This document shows, piece by piece, positions 1-12,975 of a DNA stretch of 64,000 bases (the first letter of the stretch is position 1; each line of letters opens with the position of its first letter). The notes under the pieces are model-generated. The model ran no database searches, was not told the DNA's origin, and saw nothing but the letters and a program-made list of their open reading frames with translations. The DNA comes from Antedon mediterranea (Eukaryota; Animalia; Echinodermata). A program made the position numbers and the translations under genes. The DNA lies in contig NC_092673.1 in the NCBI RefSeq assembly GCF_964355755.1, positions 34,779,648 through 34,843,647 of the forward strand, in the 5' to 3' direction.

Positions 1-792
1 GATTTAGAAGAAGAAGATAAATGTCTTATCACAGCAAAAGAGCAACTTAAGCAAAAACAATATCATTTGATGAAAAGAATTGGAAAATTTAACGATTGTG
101 GCGAATCAATTAGGAAACCAAGACAAGATAGTACTGGCAGCTGTCTCTCATCTTCTAGTGATTCTGAAAAAGGTGATTTGATCAGTTATTGATTAACAAA
201 ATGTTGTCCTTGTATTAAATTCTATAGAAATGAACAAGGCCAGTTATTGAAATGCTCCAGCACTGCATGCTGCACACTTTTTTATTGAATGCTGTGGATT
301 TGTTTTTTTCAATGCAAAATTGTTTCATGGTTAATTAAATAATTACAGTTTTAATAATTTTGAATTACATACCTTTATTTGAGGAAGTGCTCATCTGAGG
401 ATAGCTATTGTTTTCCTGCTTTTGTTTCCTTATTTGTACTGAGTATTGCCTGCCCTGCTTGAATAATCAATTTTTAATACATAATGAAAAAAATATCACA
501 CTTCTGACTTTGTGGTATTTTATTTGTCAAAACAAAATTAATGTTTGTTGACAGACACCACACTTTTTAATAAATTTATTCACTTTCTTTTTTTTTGGAA
601 ACCATCAACCTGCTACTAGTCCAACTTTATTGATTTCTTGCCAATTTAAACATGATTTTTTTCTATTTATTCTCTTCAGATGACATTGATGTGATTGGAT
701 ATAATAGCGACAGCGATGACCAAATGAGTGGATCCGACGGCGGTCTGGTTGTTAATAGTTCAGAGTTGAGAATTGTCCAGCATTTGTCATGA
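1..792 (+). CDS. 3' end (last two exons) of a Max dimerization protein, Mad/Mxi1 family
   Basis: Exons 1-172 and 680-792 (GT-AG, phase 1) give DLEEEDKCLITAKEQLKQKQYHLMKRIGKFNDCGESIRKPRQDSTGSCLSSSSDSEK/DDIDVIGYNSDSDDQMSGSDGGLVV...*. This is a leucine-zipper end followed by an R-x-DSxGS...SDSE...IDV motif typical of MXD C-termini. The bHLH lies outside the window. Confidence 0.7.
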
Positions 793-2312
793 TGCTCAAT
801 ATTTATCTAGCAAAAAATATTTTTAAAAGATTAAATCAAATTGGTAAGCAGCCATTATAAAGAAGAGGATTTCTGTGAAATAACTATGACAATTCATCAG
901 TATTATCGAACAGACTAAACTATATGCGCACCTTCTTATTGTAGCATAGTGCCTTTGATGTTCCTATTTTCAACACATTCTGATACTAGAAGATACAGTC
1001 TGACTGGCTCATACTTAAATCTTATTTGGATTACATTTCAACAGTACACATGTTGCTATAACAGCAATTAATTCGCGATAACCTCAACACAAGACTATAT
1101 ATATTCTTTACTCTGATATAGTTATAGATTTATATACAATAAGCAATGAATTGTTTAAATGACTGCTGTAGTTTCACTAATATTTTGTCACACATATTCC
1201 GTTTGATTACATCTTCAACCCATTGATGGGGTTGTATGCTTTATGATAGCTTTTTGCGATCTTCTTTGAACACATTGCTTTATAATTACCTTTTTGTTGA
1301 TTGTCATTGTGCAAGTGAAGCTGCTGTTTTTGTTCGTGTAGTTTGTAAATCCTAATAGGTTTACAATTTGTTGCTGTACTGTAGTTTGTCTAATTTTATG
1401 AACTGTAAACTAAAAAAAAATATATTTATTATTAATATTATTATCATCTGTTGTGATTGCACCTGTGACTGTGATTCCATTCTGCAGATAAGTCATGCAT
1501 TCAAAATGCTGCATCAATATATTTATATTTAATAACTTTGTGCTTTTTGCATTGCCAAATTGTTAACCCGTTTTGTATCAGGACAACAACAATAACTGGT
1601 TATAAATGGCACACCTAGCACTTTCTATATCATTCATTGAATGGTTATATAATTATTCATTTTTATTTTGGTTAATTCTTTTATATTTTATGCTAATCCA
1701 GTGCTAGTATAATGACTCCCATCATTATTATACTAACACTGGTTAACAAACATTATATGGAATCAATTTTCACAGACGACTGATTAATTAAACAAATCTT
1801 ACATTTATAAAATGAATTTAAAAAGTCTGCAGTGAAAAATTAATTGAATATGTATAGTTAATAGTTTATATGTAAATAAAGAAACATCAGAATAAATTAC
1901 GGTAGATAAAATGAAATTTGTGAAGCACTGGTGTATCAGGCGACTCTTATCCCTTCATATTATCAAATCCATTTTGTAAATTAAACAAAGACTGTACATA
2001 TAATAAATTAATTGTATTGTGTTTCATACCTGTAGTAATGCCTTCGATGAGAATAAAATTCTGTTTGTAAGGATATATTATTTTGTTTTTAATAGTTATT
2101 TTCGTATGTTAATGTTGTCATATTTATATAGCGCTTTTAACAATACAATTTTTTTGTTACACATTGTCCGAAAGCGCTTAAACAAAGTTCGGAGAAAAAA
2201 CAGATTGATTTACAGGTGGGTTTTTAAAAGGGTTTTGAAAAGTTTACATTTGAATTGAATTAGGAATGTTGTTCCACAGTTTTAGAGCTACAACTGAAAA
2301 ACTTGATCACCA

Positions 2313-2572
2313 TTGGTCGTGAGGGTGTATGGTGCAGTGTGTTGGACTACTGATCGTTAGATCTTGGTCCGAATCCAACTCTCGCCGTATCCTTAGGCAA
2401 GACACATTTGCCTCTCTCCACCCAGGTGTATAAAACGGGTAGATCAAGACACAACGCTGATTACTAGCTGAATTATGATGGGAATATGTTTCTATACGCG
2501 TTTGATCCAAAAAATGACCGGATTGAGAGCTTGCTTATATGTGTGCTATATAAGAATGAACTATTATTTATT
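2313..2572 (+). mobile_element. tRNA-derived SINE-like element (degenerate)
   Basis: A/B-box-like 5' part (ggtgtatggtg...ggtccgaatcc), central ctctccacccaggtgtataaa..gggta motif familiar from invertebrate SINEs, LINE-like 3' end gtgctatataagaatgaactattatttatt. Confidence 0.5.
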
Positions 2573-4117
2573 CAGGCAACTTGGTGGAACAAAAAGTACA
2601 GGTGTACTACAGTAGCTAAGTAGTCAACCTGAGAGATCTTTTGTCTTAAAGGGAAATGTGTTTGCTTTTTATTCCTTTTTTGGAGAGTGAATAACTTTGT
2701 TAAAACAAAATGGCCTGTTCAAAGTTAGATTTATTCTGTTTTGACAATATACCTTTAAAAACTTCATTTTATTTGTTACTGTAAACACTCCTTTCTTTAA
2801 AATACTGCATTTGACAGTTCTCAGTTTACACAACAGCCTTCACTTAAGAAAGTCCATCATTTTAGAATGTTTGTATGTACAATATTAAGCATTGCCTTGA
2901 GCAAGCACAGTAATCAAATACATACAAGCAACAACTTTGGTATCAGGAAAGAATGAAATGAATGACAATCATCCCTGGGTATGTGTACGCAATGGCATGG
3001 TCACGTATTGTTGTGTAAGGGCATAACATTTAAGGCAGTGCACAATACAGTCGTCACAAGAATTCATTGGAAAAATAGAAATTGGATTTGATAGAGATTG
3101 GAACTATTCAAATGTATTCATGCCTTACCAATGATAATAACAAACATACAATACTGTTTTTAACAACTTTTGCTATTAGAAACAACATTTCCAGCTAGTG
3201 ATTCAATGTAATGCATGTACCATGACTAAATTGATAGGTTGTGTGCGTTAAGTTATTATTATTTAAATGTAATCTCTTGTTGCATGTACCCCCATATTCA
3301 ATAAAGGCCAAATTAATGAAATACGGTATTACACACACTACCATCTAAATGAAAGTAATCTGATAAATTGAACATAAAATATTACAAAAATTAATTACTG
3401 TACCTTCACAGTATGTTATAGTGTATTCACTTTTGACAAACAATTGACAGATATATTTGTACGCTGCATTGTTCCTGTTTTGGTTTTGTTTTTGGTACCA
3501 TGAAATATGAAATAAATAAAAAAAAGAAAAAAAAAAGGATTTGAAAGACGGAAACATGAATATGCATGCGTATAAGCAGATGCTTTTGATTCACGCAGAC
3601 AAATTGGCTTAGTGGAAAATTGGCTTTAGGGAGAAGAAAGTTGTTCTGTGTCGCCCACACCAATTCATCATAGTAGGCTGCGAGTCGCAGGTTATTTCCT
3701 CCACATTTATTTAGTTTGTAGTAAATAATAAGAATTTTATAAAATATGATAATCATGTAGTAATGTGTGATGGTTGGTTTGTCCACCACTAAATAAAGAA
3801 ACATCAATTATTCACACAAAAAACAAAGTACTGTAAATATTAACATCTGGTAATTATTATAAGATATTTCTTTATTAAATCTAAGTTCACAAAGCCCATT
3901 GCTTAGATAAAAATAACCTGTACCATTTGGTATAAAATAAAACTTGTACATTTTACTTACAGTTACACTCACTGTTTAACAAGAGATTATTCAATGACAT
4001 CAGAAAATTGTGTAATTTTAGTATCTGGATCACAATATTTTGTTTGTGAATGTAAATATTTTAGTTTAGACTAGAGTTCATTGTATTATTTAAAAGATTT
4101 AGCTCTTAGATTTGTAA

Positions 4118-4302
4118 AGGTCAATTTACACAGACAAGCAGTAACAGTAAGCGGAAAACCATGTAGCTTGTCCCACGTACAATATGTATCTATCCTAAGC
4201 GGAAACAGTCCGTCCGCTCCGCGCTTTGTGTAAATGATCATAAGGGTTAACATGGATGCAATATTTTTATTACTATTAACGCTCGTCTGTGTAAGTTGGC
4301 CT
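4118..4302. mobile_element. MITE, PIF/Harbinger-like; related copy at ~51612-51718
   Basis: Inverted ends aggtcaatttacacagac / gtctgtgtaagttggcct flanked by taa/tta. The internal segment (gcttgtcccacgta..atatgtatct) recurs inverted at 51640-51700. Confidence 0.6.
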
Positions 4303-4303
4303 T

Positions 4304-4633
4304 TATGATGCCACAATATGCTCAGCTTGTACTTTGGTGCCTGTTCACACTTCTATGATTTCACAAAATGCTAGGCTTGTACTTAGTGCCTGTTTACACT
4401 TCTATGATGTCACAATATGCTAGGCTTGTACTTAGAGCCTGTTCACACTTCTATGATGTCACAATATGCTATGCTTGTACTTAGAGCCTGTTCACACTTC
4501 TATGATGTCACAATATGCTAGGCTTGTACTTTGGTGCCTGTTCACACTTCTATGATGTCACAATATGCTAGGCTTGTACTTTGGTGCCTGTTCACACTTC
4601 TATGATGTCACAATATGCTCGGCTTGTACTTTG
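4304..4633 (-). repeat. Tandem array, 49-50 bp unit x ~6.5, derived from the EXOSC1 stop-codon region
   Basis: Unit caatatgctaggcttgtactttggtgcctgttcacacttctatgatgtca; the first copy (minus sense) is the last codons KVQAEHIVTS* of EXOSC1. Confidence 0.95.
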
Positions 4634-7600
4634 GCTACTTTTCGGAATTCTTTGACAAGACTTTTTGGACATTGCATCTCACACCAGCTAATTGGCACCA
4701 TGTTTACTCCTAAAAATAAAAAAAAAAAAACAAACTTCCTAACAAACTGCATACTGTAACATGACTCATAGGTGGTCATTCAGCCTGGGCCCCATACATT
4801 TTAAAAATTACAATGCAAAAGATAGGACAGTAGATCTAGTTCAGCACTTAATTTCACAATTTTTAGGCCTGACCCACTCCCTCCCATCCTGGATTTGCCA
4901 ATGTTGTGTTACTGTATATGACCGAGTATAATCTCAATCTCGCAAATAAATCCCATGCTTGATATTAATCTCATCCCCTAATTCTCCCGCAGCCTTTATA
5001 CTCAGGCCTCTAGGACTATTACTCATTTCTTCATGGCAATGCTAGGGCAGAAATAGAACAAATTTTGAATAGACAGACATGAATGTAACTACTGTATCTT
5101 TTTTTGGTTGTTCATAAATATTGTATACTTATTATAACCACACCTTACCCCAAGGTATATATAAAAATAATCAAACAACAAATATACCTGCTTCGCTGTG
5201 TGCTAGTACTACTCCCAGCTCATTTGCTGCAGTTGATAGTAAGTATGATTGCGAGTCTCCCAGAGAAAGCTGGAAAAAAAATCAAAATAAATTAATTAGT
5301 TTTACATGGAAATGGTATGGACACATGTTAAAGACTCAATTACATAGAAATGGTATGGAAACATGTTAAAGACTCAATTACATAGAAATGGTATGGAAAC
5401 ATGTTAAAGACTCAATTACATAGAAATGGTATGGAAACATGTTAAAGACTCAATTACATAGAAATGGTATGGAAACATGTTAAAGACTCAATTACATAGA
5501 AATGGTATGGAAACATGTTAAAGACTCAATTACATAGAAATGGTATGGAAACATGTTAAAGACTCAATTACACTGAACGAATTAAACAGAAAAGTAAGAG
5601 GACGATCTACATCTATATGAAAGTTAAAAAGGGAATATATTGAAAATATATCTTTATTCATCCCTCATGGGGCAACTAACAACAGACAAAACATAAAATA
5701 AAATAACTGATAGAGGAAAATGGTATAGTGGAAAGCATCATGTCTCAAGACAGAGGTGTAACTGATGATGATTTAATACAACATTAATGTATTAACATTA
5801 AATACAATAGTGTTATGAGTGATATCCCACATAAGTTCAACACTGGCTGAGTCTAAATGGAATTCAGTGAATACAATCAACAATTCCAATAGATGCACTG
5901 ATCATGGAGGTTTTATACCTCCATGCACTGATTATGTTTTAATAACATAGCATAAAACTAACTCCAAATATTGAGAGGCAAGCCATGATTCAACGTTTCG
6001 ATCTTTATCTTTATTTGATCATCGTTGAATCATGGCTTGCCTCTCGTTATTTGGAGTTAGTTTATGTTATGTTATTTAAACAATTTACTATTCTCAAAAT
6101 TCTCTTTTACTTGGCCTAATCCTTATGAAATTTAAAAATAAGAATTTAAATATTTAACAGTGCTGTAGCGCAAAAATAATTTCTGGATACCTTCTATATT
6201 AAAAGCATGGCAGTATGTATCTCTAATGTTTAATTTTATATTCTCATTAGTTGGAATAGAATTATGCTGTGCTAAAATAATTCCAGGCCTTTATTTGTTA
6301 TTGTATTATTCAGATATACACCTGCCTTTCTGTACAATAACCATGCATTATACAGTCTTCTGTATCTTTAGGCTACACATGGCATACAGTAGCAGGCCAG
6401 GTTGAAATCCCCACCTGGATAAAAGCAGTATTCTAGACTGATTACTGAGCCGCTGTACTCTATGTAATTTAGCCAAGCCTCAGTAATTTAATGTGCATTC
6501 AGATGGAAACAAATCTATTGATTTACTTGACCTTTTAGTGTAAAAATAACCTTGGTGTGAACATGTGTTACAAACTAGGTTTTACATAGATACAGTACTT
6601 GTTGCACCAGTGTCACAGCTTGCCGTGAGAACTGTAAAACGTGGATGTTTAACCAACCTGAATTGAGGAGCTAAATACTATTGTTTTGAAAGTCAAAGAA
6701 AATTATTTTTTAATTTGTGTTAATTAAAATGTGGACTGGTCAACCAAGGGGAGAAAGTACAAGGCCTATTGTTGGGAAGTCAGAAGAGAATTAATTCTAG
6801 GTTAATAATACAAGGACTACAGGTTACTTAAATAATGGAGATACTAGTACTAGACCTATTGTTGGAAAGTTAGAAGATAATTAATTTTATTTTAATACAC
6901 GTGGAATACTTAAAGATGTATTGTCCCGCTGGAAAAATAATTCTTGCAATTGTTGTTGTTGAATATGCTGGGAAAATTTCATCTTAAAATTTTGTTTAGC
7001 AATATTGCTAATAAAACTGATGTTTGAGTCGAGAAACATAGTGCCATTTTAATGTCACATAATAGTTATCCACTTTGACCAAAAATTGGATGAAAACAAT
7101 TATTTACATAAAAAACTGTAATTTAAAGAAATAAATAGTCAAATTGGCTGCCAGCCAATGGGTTTTTGGTTGATTTTAAACAATTATTTTGTCATTTTAT
7201 AAGTGAAAAAATTAATTTTTTTCCCTACAGAAGTGATTAACTTTATTAAAACTACACAATAAAGTCTAAAGTCTGATTTAATTAATCTTCATTTTTCATG
7301 TCAATGGAGGACCTAGTACAGGGCACTAATGTTGGAAAGTCAAATGTTATGTTAAACAAAGAAGGAGATACAGTGTACTATAAGCATATTGTTGGAAAGT
7401 TAGAAGATAATTAATTTTCATTTATGTTAATACTGTACAAGGATAGCTTAAATAAGGGAGGAGCTAATACAAGGCCAACTGTTTGAAAACAGAAGATAAT
7501 TAATTTTCATTTTGTTAAAATATGAACTAATCAATCCACTGAAATAAAGAAAAGCATAGTAGATTTATTGTCTAAAAGATAGAATTTCATTATTTCTTAA

Positions 7601-10600
7601 TTTGAAAACATGTTTTACTTAAGTCAATTAATCATGGAGGAGCTAGTAAATAAGCCTATTATTTGTCAGAAATAAAAAGCATTTTAAAATATGGAGTACT
7701 TAATAAAATAAAATATTAAAGAGTCCATTACTAATGCTAGGCCCATTCGGATATAATACATTTTTAATTTATGAATGTGGAATACTCAAATGGACGGAAC
7801 CACTTTTATTATAGTAAAAAGTAGGCAGTAATCCGGTCTTTGTTTATAAACAACTTAGCTTAGTTAGCTACAGTAGTTACATTTCTACAATAACCGTTCT
7901 TTGGACATTTTACTAGAAACATGCTTTTAGAGCTCAGGTAGAGGCATGAATTTGAAATATAATATCTGATTAATTGTACATAAATCAAATATTTGTAACA
8001 GAAATCAAGACGAAAAAACATGAATTTCCCTTAATATGGTCAAATACAAAATTTGGCAAAATTCTGCCATAAAAACCAGGAAGACTTTTTTCAGTAGTTA
8101 GGTAGTTTAACCTAATGTAATAACACTTCTGGTGACTCCCTAGAAGGTGAAAAAAGATGGTGGATATACGGTGGATGATTTTTGCTATAGCATGAAAATA
8201 AAAATCTGAAGTTGAATAAAAATACCAGAAATGTAAAATTCAAGTTATATTACCTATATTTAGTCATCTGAAAACATTTTTTACCACACCGTTTATTTTT
8301 CATAGCTTTTTAAAATGCCTCCCTATTTACAAAATTTGTGTACAAAAGAATAGAGATTCCCCCACTGATAAGAAAGTGCGTATCTTCAACAAGCTCGTGT
8401 AACACAAATAAAATCCCAAAAATTATAAAACATAGGGGAAACTATAGATCGATAATTATTGGAATGTATGATCAATAGAAATTTTTTGCCCGTAGGTGAT
8501 TACATAGGTAAATTTTATTTGTCAAAAATGTAAATTTTTTTTAAATAGTGTTCTATGGCAATTTCCTTCACTTTGTAAAAATAATGCATCTATAACTTCA
8601 AAAATATTAAACCAGTTTTTCCTTGTCTTAAATGTACGTTTTAATTATGATAAAAAGAAAAAAGAAAAACAATGCATTACCTAAGTAGTTCATGTCGAAT
8701 ATTCCTAGCTAGTAGGCCAAGTTTTGTAGGCCTAGCTGGTAAAGAACGGCATCATACGAACATTGTTTGTATGCTAGCTATAGGCTTAGCCTGATGTTGT
8801 CGCACTGCAATTGTCTTTCCTTTTTTTATTTTTGGCAGAATCCGTTAATACAAATTGGGGAAGACCTAGTTTGGCAGAATCCGTTAATACAAATTGGGGA
8901 AGACCCAGTTTGGCAGAATCCGTTAATACAAATTGGGGAAGACCCAGTTTGGCAGAATCCGTTAATACAAATTGGGGAAGACCCAGTTTGGCAGAATCCG
9001 TTAATACAAATTGGGGAAGACCCAGTTTGGCAGAATCCGTTAATACAAATTGAGGAAGACCCAGTTTGGCAGAATCCGTTAATACAAATTGGGGAAGACC
9101 CAGTTTGGCAGAATCCGTTAATACAAATTGGGGAAGACCCAGTTTGGCAGAATCCGTTAATACAAATTGGGGAAGACCCAGTTTGGCAGAATCCGTTAAT
9201 ACAAATTGGGGAAGACCCAGTTTGGCAGAATCTGTTAATACAAATTGGGGAAGACCCAGTTTGGCAGAATCCGTTAATACAAATTGGGGAAGACCCAGTT
9301 TGGCAGAATCCGTTAATACAAATTGGGGAAGACCCAGTTTGGCAGAATCTGTTAATAAAAATTGGGGTAAGACCCAGTTTGGCAGAATCCGTTAATACAA
9401 ATTGGGGAAGACCCAGTTTGGCAGAATCTGTTAATACAAATTGGGGAAGACCCAGTTTGGCAGAATCTATTAATACAAATTGGGGAAGACCCAGTTTGGC
9501 AGAATCTGTTAATACAAATTGGGGAAGACCCAGTTTGGCAGAATCTGTTAATACAAATTGGGGAAGACCCAGTTTGGCAGAATCCGTTAATACAAATTGG
9601 GGAAGACCCAGTTTGGCAGAATCCGTTAATACAAATTGGGGAAGACCCAGTTTGGCAGAATCTGTTAATACAAATTGGGGAAGACCCAGTTTTTTCATTG
9701 AAAAGTTATGGTTCTTCTATTTGTTTTCCTTTTAGATCAAAAGTGGATGCGTCACAGAAACAAACAAAAATATTAATCCATGCGTGATGCATGTATTTAT
9801 AGCGGGCCGCTTGAATGATTGGAATCCACTTATTTTTCACATTTTTAACCGTTTTTATTTTTACAGAAAATGTAGTTTGTGATCTTAAATTAGAAACGCA
9901 ATTTAAAATACTATAAGAAGAAAAAAAATTAAGCTAGAATGAACAATTCTTACCACTTTTGCCAAAATGATATCACCAGGCCTAAATGATTTATACATTT
10001 CTACTCGGTCTTTTTCTGTTGCTCGTATGTCTTCTTTTCTGATCAATCCACGGAATGTTGTTTGTAACTTTTTATCTCTGACACTTAGAATAGCACAGCG
10101 ACAGAACTTTGGATTCACATTTGTTACCTAAATAAGAACAATAAAAATATGTAACCAAAATTGTTCAAATGTCAAGCACAAAAATATTGTAAAGAGTGTG
10201 TATTATTTCATTTTTTTATTGATTAGTCCAAAAAAATAATATTAGTTTATACTGTACCTTTGCTGTTACTATTGAATTCACTTCAGGAATAACATTCTGC
10301 TGTTGTGGCAATAAAATATGAACTTTTGGCTAAAGAAAAATTAAATATTAAGTTGAATTAAATTCTCATACACATGCACACTTTAATATCAGCCAGAAAC
10401 AGTTTTAATTGTGTTACCATGGGGCTAAATAAGGAAATTTATTGGTGCAAATTATAAATATTTGGAATAAAATGAAATAAGAAATTAAAATACATTGGGT
10501 TTTTTATCGATGATTCTAAAAAAAAAAATTGGGCAACATATATTTTAACACTATATGACCAACCTCTACTCAGGCGACACCCCTATTAAGGGGGACAGGG

Positions 10601-12725
10601 ACACTTTTGAGCGTGCCCAATGGTTGACTCAAGCCCTATTACTATTACCGTATTTTCCGGAGTATAGGTCGACCCCAAGTATAAGTCGACCCCCAACTTT
10701 GACCTAGAATATCGTTGATTTTGGTATGACCTGAATATAAGTCGACCCCCAAAATCGGCTAATAACACAACTTACTTTAAAGTTCAAAGAAGGCTAGAAA
10801 TGTATGAAATGTGGTTGTTTGTTTATACAATTATTAAAGTGTAGGCCTAATCAATATCGGACGGACGTAATCACAACGGCTTCGCCGCCGTCTTCGCCAG
10901 CCTATAATAAATGACAGCGATGTAGCGTTACAGTACTTGCCATCAGCGATGTTTTTTCGCGTCACTCGAATAAATTAAAACGAGTTTTTCGTTAGGAGGC
11001 TTATTAATTGTACAGGCGAGTAGTTGTAAATCGCGTTATCTGTAAATGTACACGCGCCGGACTGAGGAGAATTTATTTTATGAATAGACATGCGCAGTAA
11101 TTGTAATTACGAACAAACAAACAAACTGCGCATGTGTATAGATGAAAATATCGCGCAATAACAAACATGCTGCATGGACATTCCAACATCGTGTAGTTCG
11201 TTTTGTGGTGTGTGTTACGATGTTTTCGCGAGTGAATACGAAGCATATGAAACACAAACGAAAACTATTTATTCTTAATTATTTTAATAAAAGCGTAATA
11301 TAAACATCAAAATTAATCTTTGTTATATATTAATAGTACTTGTACCAGTACTTGTTGGAGTTGTATTATTTTGTACAATGTAGGTATTATTAAATTGAAA
11401 ACTCCTGTGAGTGATTGATGATACTGATAGGCCACTGACCTTGCTAGGCCTTGACAGCTGACGGCTTTTGAACGAATTTTTTCGGCTTGATTTTTTTCAA
11501 AAATCGCATGGTCGGAGTATAAGTCGACCCCCCGATTTTGCAATTAAAATTTTCCCACAAAGTCTCGACCTATACTCCGGAAAATACGGTATATTATATT
11601 AGGCACAACTTAACATTTAAGACAAACTAATTCCAGTATATTTCATTTATACTGCAGAGTTCTTAATACAAAAATGGATATCATAATAATTGAAAATTTT
11701 AATTGGTGAAACATTGGTTAGTCATTTTATAAATTCTTTTCAATTTCTTGAGTGCAGATCAATTATTGACATTTTTGGTCCCGAAGGTGTCCCTTAATAG
11801 TTACTACTGTATAACCCATTGTCCTTTTTTGGACTCACCCTCTTTTCTCCTGGTTCAACTATTTTGTGTCCTGCTCGACTTGAGCATATATAACCCTGCC
11901 TGATAAATGTACCTTCTCCTGCAGTATATTCTTCTGTGCTTCCAAGCCTTTCCCCTGAAAAATAATAATTTATTATTTACACTACAGAAATGGAATCAGA
12001 CAATTGCAATAAGAACACAACTGTACTTACACTGTATACATACTTCAATCAGTGCAACAGGTTTAGTGTCAGTTGATAAATGATTTAGGCAATTTGATTG
12101 AAGCCAAATAATCATTAATAAATAGGCCTAGTTGTTACAACATCATTTTGGATGAACCAAAAAAGACTGTAAAAAAACAGCTTTTCCTTCAAATTTTTTT
12201 CAAACTTATATATTATTTATATACAATTGACAAATTGTTAAAAAATACATCCATAATATAAATGATAAAACAAACATTTTATTATATTATTAATCATGGA
12301 GTATTTAATTACTATTACTCCATCCATCATGATTATAAATAATCAAAATCTGTCCTAGACTGATATTAACTTATTACTATTAGAAAAGAATACACAAATT
12401 AACATGAAGCTGTTACAACCACTGTAATTCAATTCTAAAAATTAGGTAACCAGCATGGGACGAAACGACCAGGCGACTATCTGACTGAGTGGCGGAGTGG
12501 AGGTACTTTCAATGAAGGCTTCATCAAGCAAGTAGGCATAGGCCTAGGCTAGTAGGCCTAGATAATTTTGGTTTATAAAAAAATTGTAAAAGAATAATAA
12601 ATTAATACTATTTCATATATTTATTAATACATTCTTAAATACATTCAGAAAATTAATTCGTATGTAAATGCTGTAAAATTACAAATACCAGGAATACAAA
12701 TTACCACGTGTTCCTCTGCTGTCAT
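4600..12725 (-). CDS. EXOSC1: Exosome complex component CSL4
   Basis: Exons 12725-12689, 11954-11839, 10329-10258, 10127-9954, 5269-5188, 4709-4600, all GT-AG and in frame. Motifs: CIPGERLGS..Y.AGEGT, FRGLIRKEDIRATEKDRVEMYKSFRPGDIILAKVLSLGD..YLLSTA.NELGVV.A, MVPISWCEMQCP....E.RKVAKV. Confidence 0.96.
5302..5571. repeat. Minisatellite, 38 bp unit x ~7
   Basis: Unit tacatagaaatggtatggaaacatgttaaagactcaat, near-identical copies, ending ~35 nt from an EXOSC1 acceptor. Confidence 0.95.
5937..6082. repeat. Long inverted repeat (~55 bp arms, ~27 nt loop)
   Basis: aataacatagcataaaactaactccaaatattgagaggcaagccatgattcaacg pairs with cgttgaatcatggcttgcctctcgttatttggagttagtttatgttatgttatt. Confidence 0.85.
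6740..7760. repeat. Old degenerate tandem repeat interrupted by a TTAA-type MITE (6914-~7300)
   Basis: Recurring ggag..ctagtac.aggcctattgttggaaagt.agaagataattaattt units; the insertion starts ttaa|agatgtattgtccc, homologous to 17856-18185. Confidence 0.6.
8180..8495. mobile_element. Dispersed repeat; inverted homolog at 62590-62925
   Basis: ~310 bp aligns closely by eye with the reverse complement of 62600-62925. Confidence 0.8.
8830..9692. repeat. Minisatellite, 39 bp unit x ~22 (EXOSC1 intron)
   Basis: Unit tttggcagaatccgttaatacaaattggggaagacccag; generates the repetitive ORFs 8767-9735 and 8826-9698. Confidence 0.97.
10648..11589. mobile_element. Non-autonomous Tc1/mariner-pogo type element
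   Basis: TIR ccgtattttccggagtataggtcga / tcgacctatactccggaaaatacgg, TA on both sides, subterminal tataagtcgacccc repeats. Confidence 0.88.
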
Positions 12726-12975
12726 TTTTGAAAATATTGTTTTATAATGATTGACCGGTCAAGTTTCTTAAAATAGAAAAGAATTTAGCAACTAGGCCTT
12801 TACATATGGATAATAGTTATACGATAATAACAAATTGTAGTTTAGTACTATCAAGTACTGTACGTTATTTAATATTAGTTAAATATATCAAAGCATTTTT
12901 GCTTTAATAAATTAAATATTTTAATTTATTTTGGCAACTTGCGTGGACTTCTTCTTCAAAAAACCGCATTAAAAC
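12726..12975. promoter_or_regulatory. Shared bidirectional promoter / 5' UTR interval of EXOSC1 and ELMOD3
   Basis: Divergent ATGs at 12725 (-) and 12976 (+) are 250 bp apart; no transcript evidence is available. Confidence 0.7.

Noticed and set aside
2313-2390. Possible tRNA gene
   Set aside because: No complete cloverleaf; it continues into a SINE-like body and tail.
8767-9735. Repetitive ORFs of 322, 290 and 109 aa on both strands
   Set aside because: By-products of a 39-bp (multiple of 3) minisatellite in an EXOSC1 intron; open in several frames, with a frameshifting indel and no recognisable domain.
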